From contig OZ281497.1 of assembly GCA_965637545.1 (NCBI GenBank), positions 15,624,001-15,688,000 on the forward strand: 64,000 bases of DNA, read 5' to 3'. Both the position numbers and the translations under genes were made by a program. Positions 1 through 15,419 of the stretch are shown in pieces. Position 1 is the first letter of the stretch, and the number at the start of each line of letters is the position of its first letter. Source of the stretch: Phallusia mammillata (taxonomy: Eukaryota). The notes beneath the pieces were generated by a model. That model saw only the letters and a list, made by a program, of their open reading frames with translations. It did not search any database and was not told the origin of the DNA.

Positions 1-4961
<4,961 letters not shown>

Positions 4962-6421
4962 ATTGTATTCTATGCTAACAGCAGAAACATTTGGAAAAAA
5001 ACAGTAAAGCAAAAGCATGGATGAGAATACCACTTTTCTGTAAAATTTGTCTTGCGTAATTAACCAATATAAAAGGTAAGCCAGGCCTATTAAAGGTATC
5101 ATACCAAATCGGCCATTCACCAGGCTGATAAAAATTCCAATCAAACTGCTCAAAAAAATTCAAATCATGGAATAAATATGGTTTCGATTTTCAAACTTTA
5201 TTAGTTTCCTGAAAAACGAGAAATAGTAAATGCATTTCTCAGGAAATCCAGTGTCTCACAACATGTACTTTGCTGCCAAACTCACACATAAAATAATCAA
5301 AAATGACAGTGGGTTGAGTAATGGGCACTGGAAATCAGCAAGTTCTAGACTCTAGAACTAGAATCTAGAGTGAAATGAATAAATAAGTTAGTCCACTGTA
5401 ACATTCTCCTTTGGACAATAATTTCTTGATACAATTTCTCAAGAATTGAAACCAGAACTTTTTGTGAAATCTTTTTGGAGAAAAAGTATTTACCTTTGAT
5501 GACAAAATGTAGCTTTAACACAGCTAATATAAGTTATTGCCTGGATATTGTACTAACATCATTTTTATTGATGGTGTACTAAAAGTGTAATCAAGAAATA
5601 TCTTTTGCTGGAGGACAAAAATAGCAACAGTTTATAACTGGGGTAGTTAATTTAGGTGGAGTAACCCACCTTTATTATTATACTTAAAACACCAAGTTCC
5701 TAACATAAGTCCATTACTTTATTTTAACCAAATACTTCATTTATGGCTTTGGTGGGCGAGCTAAAAACAAACCTGGCAAATCTCAACTTTATTGCAAAAT
5801 GAAAACCATGTTAAAACATGTGATGACATTGTAATTTTATGTTTTAAAATAATCCTGTGAAGAATTAGGTTGTGACAAGCTGACAACCTATGTAGCGTGT
5901 TACTCATTTTCAGTGTACACAATACGCTATACATGACTTACTACATGGTAAACACTGCCACTAATACTGTCCTCTAAAAATCTGTTTATTATGAGTTTTC
6001 AACAAACCTATAGCATTAAACAAAAGAGATGAGCTAAGATTTTAATGGGCTAAACCTAATTGTAAAAAATGCTCCCGTTTCCCTAATTTTGTGCTTCAGA
6101 GGTGGGTCAATTTAAAAAAACGATTTTATTAAATTAAAGCCTAAAGACTATACAAATTATAAGAGATCAAAATTTTTCATAATTTTTAAACAGAAAAACA
6201 TTTTTTCATTTGGTTACGGAAAAATCATGTAAACAAAATAATGCCTTACTTATGAGAAGCCTATGTTTTTATGACCAGCTGACGCAAAATTATTTTATCT
6301 TTTAGCATAAATATACCTCAGTACTAATTACGAGTTTTTTTAACGCCGAAACAAACTTTCCTACACTTCAGTACTTAAACCGAGTCTTTGTAAGATCCAA
6401 TAAATTTACGTTGTCGTAAGA

Positions 6422-6636
6422 CTGTAGTTCTCAAACTGTGCGTCGCGACGCCCTGGTGCGTCGTTTCAATCTTCCAAGGGCGTCGCAGAATAGTTCCGTT
6501 TCGCGGCTTTTTGTTGTTGTATCAATAAACACAACTTTAATAATAAGTTTCCTCATTAACTTTTATTTGCTGGTGCGTCGCAAGCCCAGAAAACTTTTCC
6601 AAGGGCGTCGCAACAAAAAAAGTTTGAGAACCACTG
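6422..6636. mobile_element. hAT (Charlie/Buster-type) MITE
   Basis: Termini CTGTAGTTCTCAAAC...GTTTGAGAACCACTG, perfect TSD tcgtaaga (6414-6421 and 6637-6644), internal GCGTCG repeats. Confidence 0.9.
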
Positions 6637-7059
6637 TCGTAAGAGATTAGGCAAAAAGCAAGCTTGTTTAAATGTGAAAAACGCAAATTTAAAGTAAACT
6701 TTTAAAATTGTACTTCCCTTTTTTCTACTACAGTATTTCATATACACATAAGTATCCAAAAAAATTTGATGCGAATGCAAAACACAGAAAACTCAGACTC
6801 TTATTTCACAGGGGGAAAAATAATAGTAACGTTTTGTGTCACAAAATTTAAATTTAAACATCTTTATCGATAAATATTTTGTTGTTTTTTGCTTTCTATC
6901 AAAGCCTTTTGTTCCAAAACAAAAAAAACACTGTTTCCGAACTGCAATTTATAATTATGGACTGTGGTGCCTTTGATCCTAAATACAAAGTATTGCAAAT
7001 TCTGTTCGACGCTGGCGATATTGTTTTATTATTTGGTAAATAATTTTACCAGATGTGTT

Positions 7060-7517
7060 CTAAAACGTTCAATTAAGTTCGGCCGAAACCGAACCTACGG
7101 GAATTTTGCCAAATAAATTAGGCAAATGACGTCACGCGAAGTCGTACGCTTTTGTTGTACGTTTGGCATGAAAACGTAAGGTTTTTTTACCAGGCAAACA
7201 ATGAAGAAAAGTTGTGTTTTATTAACATTTTTGTTCTGTCCGGTTTAAGGTTGCCACGGCCATGGTTGTCAGCCTGCCAATGATTTACTGACTTTGTCAG
7301 CTGGAGTTTATTGTTGACATAATAGTTGACGCGATTTTAGTTATGGCGTATAGTTTGAAACATTGGTTGATGCCTTAATTTATAAGCAAAAAAGACCCGT
7401 TTTACCCTTTTAACTTGGGTTCGTAAAATATCCGATTCCCAACAAATTACAGAAACCGTCGAGTCTTTGTATAAATGCCTGACTCGACCGAATAAATTCG
7501 GCAAACGGCAATGTCTA
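7060..7517. mobile_element. Degenerate copy of hAT MITE family A (copy 2)
   Basis: Colinear similarity to 16242-16753 and to the reverse complement of 996-1473 (ttcggccgaaaccgaa, tgacgtcacgcgaagtcgta, ggttgccacggccatggttgtcagcctgccaatga). Termini and TSD are not clear, so the boundaries are approximate. Confidence 0.75.
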
Positions 7518-8380
7518 GTTTAAATGTCCCACAATAGAAGAATCCCTCCTTAAATTTTGCTGCAGCTGATCGAGTCTTCTCTCCAGATTTTTTACAATTT
7601 TGTGTAGCTGGGAAAAGGCTTTGGATGTAAAACTCCTGCACTTAAAGTCCCAAGTTGAGTTTTGAATCCTTAACAAATAGCTTATGATCGCTTTTAGTCT
7701 AAAACTGATATCGGTATTGTGAACGGTATTATGGCAATTGTAGCTATTTTGTCTATATTTTTAAGAAACTTGTTTACTGTAAAATTTAACACATTATTCG
7801 CTACTGTCCAATAAAACCAATAAGTAAACAGGCTTGTGAAAAATATGATCAAATACACTGTTTCCAACCGCCTGTTTCTTCTTTAGGTTTTTGTCGCAAA
7901 CACATGTCGGTGCTATTATGTTACACGCGTCCATTTTTTGTTGGTGTTTTTATTTTCGTCATAGACTGTATCACTTGGTTAGACGCACAATCATGAAATC
8001 ATGACTGCAGTACCGCTTTTCGCAGAATAAAAAATACGGATCAATAAAAGAAGAAAGCCTTGGTACGTGAGAGCATACAGGGGGAGCACTTTTCGCGTTA
8101 ACTTTGCAACTCTCAGTATAGTTAACCTTTGACAATATTCTTGGGTAAAACTAACTCGTTGTAGTGCACGGTGAGGCACATGATGGCACATGCATTATTT
8201 ATGCAAAGGCAATGTATGACGCAAATTAAAACCCCGCCGTGACGAGATCAACCCAGCTGGCTATTCCCCGGAAACTCCAAAAGAGCACAGTGTGGTCAAC
8301 AAGGTTTGCCTCATGCAACTTTCAACACAAACAGATGCGTTTGTGGCAAAGGGAACTGTCGTATTTGGCAAGCAATGACG

Positions 8381-11300
8381 TCAGCACTCGCTTTTGGAAC
8401 TGCGAAATGTAACGCGTCTTCTCATTTTTGAACCTTCCTCGAGCGAATTGGAATGAGAAGAAGTGTAGTCTTGACTTGAACGCCGCCACTCCATCAGCTC
8501 ATTTACTGCAAGTGTAACGAAATCACAGATCACGAAATCACGATGTCACGAAATTGCGAAATCACGAATCACGGAATCGAAAAATCATATATGTATACCT
8601 GTGAGCGGTACGAAATCTGGGCGATCACTGTCTCTTCTAGAAGAAGTAGATGACAAACGTTCGTTTATTTCCTCGGGATCAAACTCCTCCTCGATTTTGT
8701 CTTGTCGACGTAAGATGCACCGATCGACCGGACAATTTACGCTGTCGCTTTTCTGGAAACATTGCAAATAAACTCAAATAGTAAGCAGTTCAAAGTTTTC
8801 ACAAGGGAACACATTAAGTCTTTTGGATGTCGTTTTTAAATAAAATGATTATCCTCATGAAACGTTGGTTATCATACCTGTTTTGCGAAGCGCCAGCGAC
8901 GCATTCTTTGTCCGTAGTACATCGCAATGGAGTCGCTGTACTGTTTTCGCATAACCTGTCGCCGCAACTGTGTGGCGTTACTGCGATTTAGGGGCCGAGG
9001 GGGAAGCATGTGAGAGGGTGGTGGCAGTGGCTCGGAGCCCGTGACATCAGAAGTACCATCCTGACAGAGAAACTCTTTAAAAATTCGGTCGGTCTCCACG
9101 TCGACGCTGAAAAACGAGGTCAATTTAGGTGTCTAAATTATTGATTGCGAGAAAGTGCTTTCGCTTTCTTCTGACATTGTTTAAATTGCCCGCACGTTTT
9201 ACGAACATGCAATTATTGCAAAAATCGTATCATCCTAATGCCAAAAACATAATGTTGATTTAAAACTGTTTCTTTCATACAGAAGATGTACTAATGTTAT
9301 CACTACCACATAAAGTTTTTACATACGACAATAGCAGCCCTTCCCCACCAAGAACTCACCAATAATCTCTACCCATGGTGTACCCACAGAAAGTTGGGAT
9401 CGATTCGTGCTGATGCTTTTGTGTAGAAGAGCGCCTAAAAAGTCGAGAAAGTCCGCGCAAACTCGACGACGATCTGCTACTCGAGTGCGAGTAACTATCC
9501 ATCGAGTCCGTCTCGGAAATTTCGCTGCCGCTGCGAGTTCTTTGAACGTGACTCGAATGAGGCCATACTCCGGTGGGCGATGATGGCGATGTAGTGGCCG
9601 ATGAAGTCGACGAGCCTGGCTTGGTTTGAAACTTGCACCTGGGACTTGTTCGATAGCGAGCGGTTGTCGGGAGATGACTGGTTTCGTTTGAAGGATGCGT
9701 ATCTGAACGTTAAGTGGTACGTTAATGACTAATATTTAAGTTATTTCTATATGTGCCTGAGAAAGTATTCGATGATTTGTAAAATAAAGCTTCTAATTTT
9801 ATGCATTACTTCGGCCCAATACAAACATGATACAAATTGATTGATGTTTATACGCGTTTTTTCTAGAACAATGAACACCAATAGCTGGAATCAAGTTCAC
9901 GATCCTGGTTTATATTGTGTTTTGTTACACCCGCGATTGATCGTTTACAGTTACACCGTTTCGAAAATGTCTTTTTGTAGAAATAAACCACATACTACTC
10001 TGTGAGGACGAAGTGCTGGAAACGATTGAATCCATTGAAGTTGTCGTTGGTGGCGAACAGAGAGGACTCGGTGAAGTCGCAACTGAGCTATCTTTCTCAG
10101 ATTCGTTCCTCGTTTGGATCGAAGAAGAACATGAGGTGGAAGGACTAAAAGTGGGGCTTCTCCGAGAAACAGTGGTTCGGAAACTGGCGGAATTTTTACG
10201 ACGGGTTTTTGCGTTATTGCCGTTTTCAAATTCAATCGACTGTCCGTCGTCCACGAACCGGATAATGTTGTAAAGTTTTCTGCCGTCCCGGTCGCTCGTG
10301 CTCGATTCGCTGCTCGGGGTGCGAGTCTCCCGACCTACGCGAAGCGATGCGCGACGTGGGCTTCCACTGTGGCAGATTGGGCCGCGTTCATCCACTGGTC
10401 GCTCGGGCATGAATACATCACTGTCGTTGCTATCAAACAGAGAGTTCTGTTTGCTAACACCGAAATTTCGTCTGCGTTCGCTAGCCGCCGCCAGTTTGGT
10501 ACTTGATCGATTTTTGGCATCTTGGTTATCAGGCGATCTTTCAATTACGGCGTGAGTGATAACCACGTTTCCCTGCAAACAGATCAATAAGTTAAAGAGA
10601 AGCGGTGGCCCCGTCACGTAGCCCCAATCGCAGAAATATTACTAAGTCGGGATTGAGTTGACCCAATAGATTTTAAAATTGATTGATTGATTGATTCTGT
10701 AGGTAATGCAACTCACGCGTCCATTTACTGGCCAGAAATTAATTACTGATTATCTCCGGGACGTTTTTTTAACCAAACCCCATGTAAATGTCCCAACTCT
10801 ATCGAAACAGTAAGTTGCATCTTGTATATGTAACATTTTCTTATATATTTTAGTTTTACTTACCGCAGTTTTTAAAGTTAAACGACATGCCCATTTTACC
10901 ATGTGATACGCGTGCTTTGAGTAAAAAAACATGCCCTTTCGATTTTTAACAGTATGCAAACCAAGGTAATGAAACGCAATATAACCAAAACACTCCAAAT
11001 CCAAATACTTTTATCTTTTGGTACCAGATAACAGTCCAATTTCTTGCCGGAACCAATCGCAACGTACATCTGGAATTTTAACTGATGCGGAAAGGGCAAG
11101 GTGATCACTCACTTTTGGTTGTCTGAAACCGGAAAGGCTGGTTGAAGCGGATGTAATATTCTCTTGGACAATTTGGCCTTCCAGTAAAGGACGATTACGT
11201 TTGGATTGTGCAGCGCTGCTCCCAGAAGAATCACCTGGTAACGTCAAATCGATAGAAGCATCGATCGTATTATTGTCATTACCTGCAAAATATAAGTATT

Positions 11301-13312
11301 GCTTTGTCAGTTCATGGGGCTTTGGGCTGTCGTTCTAAAAAGATCAATTTGTTTTTCAGATATCCTCTTATCTATGGCGATACGAAATCGATTTAATTCA
11401 ATGTCGATATTTAAATGTTATGACTTGTTTAATGTCAATGACCTTGAAAACCTTTTATTTAAATACCATTTTTTTAACGTTTAAGGTTGTTGGACAATAA
11501 TAAAATGAATCCTACAAATCTAGAACTGATTTATAACATGTAGATGTTTTTCATTTCTGTCAAATACCTCCATCCTCTGAATCTGTCATCGATTTGTCAC
11601 GGGAAATAAAAAAATCAGAGCTTGGGGTGCTTCTGGGCGAAGACTCGGCTATTTCTCGCGTACTCTGCTTTTCCGCTCCTGTTTCTGCAGTCCTCTCCTC
11701 CTGGCTGAAGTTAATGCACTTTAGCTCTATGGTCGTGTGTTCCAAAGAGTTCCTTAAATCCCACAGATTAACTCCGCTGATGCATTTTCGCGGCACTCCT
11801 TTATTCTCCATCGACACCTGGTCTTCTTCTTGTTGTTCTCCCACCGCGTTCTGTTGCATTACAACCAGTGAAGGCGGCTGCGCAATGCCTGCAACTGTTT
11901 CTCCATTAGGCGACGGGTCGTTAGAAGTACTCGGGTTCTTTGGCAATGATTCCGCTTGAATGTCCGAGTTCGGGTCACTGTTTTCCGGAGGTGTCGTTAC
12001 CGGTTGTTTCTGGACGACAGCGTTGTTAGGATTTTCAGACTCCGGCTCAACACGTGGGATAGTAATAGAGCCTGGATCGTTGTTAATTACAAGAGGTTCA
12101 ATGTCTGTTCCATTTCCAAGTACACACGTTCCACAAACGTATTGACCATTGTCCAGCGGATCACATAAACGACTTTCAACGTTTGAGACTTCATTTTTTC
12201 TGTTAACATGTGCTTCTGGCAGTTCTTGTTTATTTAACAAGGCAATTTTTGACTCGTCGTTGTTCCTTGAAAGAGTTATTCTATCCGTCGACTTAATAAA
12301 TGGAACTTTTTCTTCCAACTTTTGCTCAGCGTTTGTTGCGCTTGCTGGTGTGTGTTTTGAACGTGCTTTGTTTAAAGTTCCTGGATGTTCATTCCCATAC
12401 GATTTGGCTTCTAAATCCACGTCCAAACTGCGTGCTCTTCGAAATCCGCCTATTCTTTTTCTAATACTTTCAACTGCTCCACTGGCACTCTCCCTCCAAG
12501 CTACAAACTTCTCTGTCAGAGTTCCGTTTGTTGCGTGGTCGTTAGAAAACCTTGACCTAAACAGCGACATCTTTGTTGCTCGTTCGAGAGCGCTCGAAAG
12601 GGCTTGTGCAGCCAAACGCCTGTTGTTGCTGTTTTGAGGTGCAATGCAGGACATTCGGCTGGATGGCTCTCCTTCATTTGACGAAAGCACAAGAGGCCTT
12701 TCGGTTGACGCGCCGCTGCACAGAATTGATTCCCTTTTAGCTTCCACATGACCGCGATTCGTCAGGCTAACCCAGCAGCTGTCACCGGACGAAGGCAAAC
12801 GCGCCATTCCGTCTAACGTGAAAGGGCATGTTTCTTTCGGCTCTACAATTGAGGGGTCATTGATTTCTACAGTTCGTTTCTCTTTGCGCCTTGCCTTTTG
12901 TGTTCCTTCTGCCATCATTATATTAGGCCCAGGTAGACGCCGTCTCCATTTGCCTCGCATAAAATTTTCATGGTCCTACAATCTGAACCATATTGAAGCT
13001 TTTCATGGTCAACGATTAAAAGCTTTATAATGTTCTGCGATAAAACCAAAAGTCGTCAATTTCCCACGTTCTTTGCAAAAAAAATCACAACACAATAAAA
13101 AACTAAGCCCTTACACAACTGACCACCAAACAAAGCAACCTTAAGCAAATCATAATTTTTGACACTAGCTCCTGATTTAAAGAAAACAACAACTCAACGC
13201 ACAGCCTCACCTGCCGCGAAAGCTGATTTGCCGCTCCGTGTTGGTAAACGGATCTGTCAAGTACTGCGCTATTGCCTGCGTCTGGGCATAGCCACGAACA
13301 CATGCAGGGCAT
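8381..13312 (-). CDS. Uncharacterised ~1035-aa Ser/Pro-rich, largely disordered protein
   Basis: Eight exons 13312-13211, 12975-11568, 11282-11113, 10572-9996, 9702-9360, 9106-8878, 8752-8599, 8505-8381 join with consistent phases to 3108 nt. The protein starts MPCMCSWLCP and ends ...KMRRRVTFRSSKSEC*. No domain recognised. Confidence 0.75.
8521..8580. repeat. Degenerate 7-9-bp tandem repeat (AATCACG-like) filling the last intron of the orphan gene
   Basis: aatcacagatcacgaaatcacgatgtcacgaaattgcgaaatcacgaatcacggaatcg. Confidence 0.7.
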
Positions 13313-13612
13313 AAGTTATGCTGACACGAGGGAAGGGCGAAATCGATATTTTGAAACAAACTGAATAATTCATCGAAGCTGAGCACCTCGTCGATTGGTT
13401 CAGGTATGTTATAAGAAAATGCTGTTCATGTCAGGGAAAAAAGTGGATGTTGCTTCTAATGTATTACGATCAATTATTATACTGCAACCTTAATTCTTGT
13501 TCGAGCGGAAAACATCAACTTGTCACGAACGCTCAGAAGAAAAAAAAAAACGTGTCTTTGATCACTTTTTTTCGCTAGTAAATCTGTGGTGACAGCTAGG
13601 CACCTGTTAAGG

Positions 13613-13764
13613 CACGCAAGTTTACAAACCTTTTTTAGTTTGTGTACCCCTTATATTTAAAAACTCATTGTTTCTTTAACAACCTAGTTTTGCTTACTTT
13701 TATTACCCCATACCGTATCAAATTTCACTTTGGGCACCACATTATCTCCGGTTGAAAACCACTG
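13613..13764. mobile_element. Decayed Charlie-type MITE remnant
   Basis: 3' terminus GGTTGAAAACCACTG, with flanks tgttaagg/ctttaagg (6/8). The 5' TIR is degenerate. Confidence 0.45.
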
Positions 13765-14792
13765 CTTTAAGGTAAAAATGGCCGTGTCTGTAGCCTATAC
13801 TCAAGTATAGAAATTTCATGGAGTGCGCATTAAGGCCGAGTTCGAATCTAAATTAAATTGCAAAATCACAGTATGACAATAAGCGCCATTCGAAACAGCA
13901 GGTCGCACATTATCGCGGATAACCTTTTAAATGATTAATGCGAAGTATTGATCAAGTCTGCAGCCTAGTCCACGGACAACTTCGGTTTAAATAAAACGCT
14001 TAAATCCAAAAGAATGCGGAGATCGAGTTAAGTTCAGTTTATTTTGCTCGGCGAAGACAATCGTAAACAGTGCATATAAGTCATAACAAACATCAAACCA
14101 AAACTTTGTTGATGATTCTTTCTTTTTACAATAGATATCACAAGACAAAAAGTGAATGAAATACGGCCCAGTCATGGGGTATATTTTCGTCACGAGTAAA
14201 AAGCAATGAGATGAACAGTAAAAGTACTTATTATTTGTTTTGTTTGTGTTCTATCTTTCATGTTCTATCTTTCATGTTTTAACTTTTTATTTAACTGCAG
14301 TAAAAGCTGAAATAAATTGTTTCAATAAGAATGTTTTCTGCAGTGATATGTTGTGCCAAACAATACCAAATTTGTTTGTTTAAACAACTGGTATGTAGAG
14401 TAACGGTAGTGCACATCATGTATTGCAGAGTCGCAGACCCATTTGCAGCTGATTGGTTGTGATGAGTTTGATTGCATTCAAGATTCAAGATTTATCATTT
14501 GAAAGGGGAAAATAATGTGTGTCTTATACGTAAACCATAACGTAGAACAAAGGCGTTTTTGTGGAACCTGGTTTGAAAGAATTTCACTATTTCACTTTGA
14601 TTTCTTTGTGCTGCCCCAGTGCCCCACACTTTTTCGCTGTGATAAATATATGTAGAGATTGTGTGCCCTAAAGTATGTTTTAAGAGTGTTCTCTTATCTT
14701 TTAGGGCTTATGTCCAAAGTTTGGTTGGAGTCTCAATTTATTTTTATTTGCTTTCAACAGCAGTCCATCACAAAAAAGATACTAAATGTTTC

Positions 14793-15159
14793 GGTAGATG
14801 ATTTGACGCCAAAAACTAGCGGCACTGGAGTCCGGTTTACTTTAGGTCAAATGACAAATAGTTTATGATACTTTATAAGTGCTGTTTAAACCACCAGAAT
14901 TCAACTGCTGCTACAGTGTAGTGGAAGAAACAATGCATCATGCGCATAATTTTTGGGTTCGAATCCCATTTAATTTTTATCTTTTTTTTGCAGACTTGTA
15001 GAAATGCCGGCGGTTAGAGCTATTAGGGTCAGGTGAAGGTTTAAAATCACAAATAACGTTAAAAACAAGCATTTTCAAACATTTGACCTGACATTACCTT
15101 CTTGACCTAAAGTGAACCGGACTCCAGTGCCGCTAGTTTTTGGCGTCAAATCATCTACC
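14793..15159. mobile_element. Mutator/MULE-like MITE
   Basis: 58-bp TIRs with one mismatch (14793-14850 and 15102-15159) beginning GGTAGATG, and a perfect 9-bp TSD aaatgtttc (14784-14792 and 15160-15168). Long G-starting TIRs with a 9-bp TSD are typical of MULEs. Confidence 0.88.
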
Positions 15160-15393
15160 AAATGTTTCTTGCACATGAAAACTGTGCTAGAAAGAATCAA
15201 AACTACTGTTTGTTGGTTTACATTTTTTGGAGCACTGTTTTTTAGTTATAGCTTTCCCGTTAATAGGTCACATTGTAATCTTTATAATTCTTCTTCATGC
15301 ATTTTAGGTTTTTGTAAAGCAGTGCATTCTTGAAGTGAAACATGCACTGCTTCTCAGTTGAACAGAATTTGTACTCCCTATTTTAATAGTACC

Positions 15394-15417
15394 ATGTTGC
15401 AAAAAGTTGACAAGTGA
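15394..15417 (+). promoter_or_regulatory. Upstream ORF (MLQKVDK*) in the RIC1 5' UTR
   Basis: accATGttgcaaaaagttgacaagTGAcgATG: the stop ends 2 nt before the RIC1 start codon, downstream of a 3' splice site (ttttaatag, AG 15388-15389). Confidence 0.5.
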
Positions 15418-15419
15418 CG

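Noticed and set aside
8585-8767. QCFQKSDSVNCPVDRC resembling a TRAF/RING finger end
   Set aside because: The first Cys lies in the intron upstream of the acceptor (tttccag), so no RING pattern exists in the spliced product.
10713-11069. Possible extra exon (MYVAIGSGKKLDCYLVPKDK) plus an 11-nt microexon in the orphan gene
   Set aside because: It is frame-compatible but needs a 43-nt intron, shorter than any other intron I measured here (>=~60 nt). The direct 11113->10572 splice is simpler.
11594-12637. Plus-strand ORFs of 121-162 aa opposite the large orphan exon
   Set aside because: Antisense shadows of a long coding exon, with no splice context or motifs.
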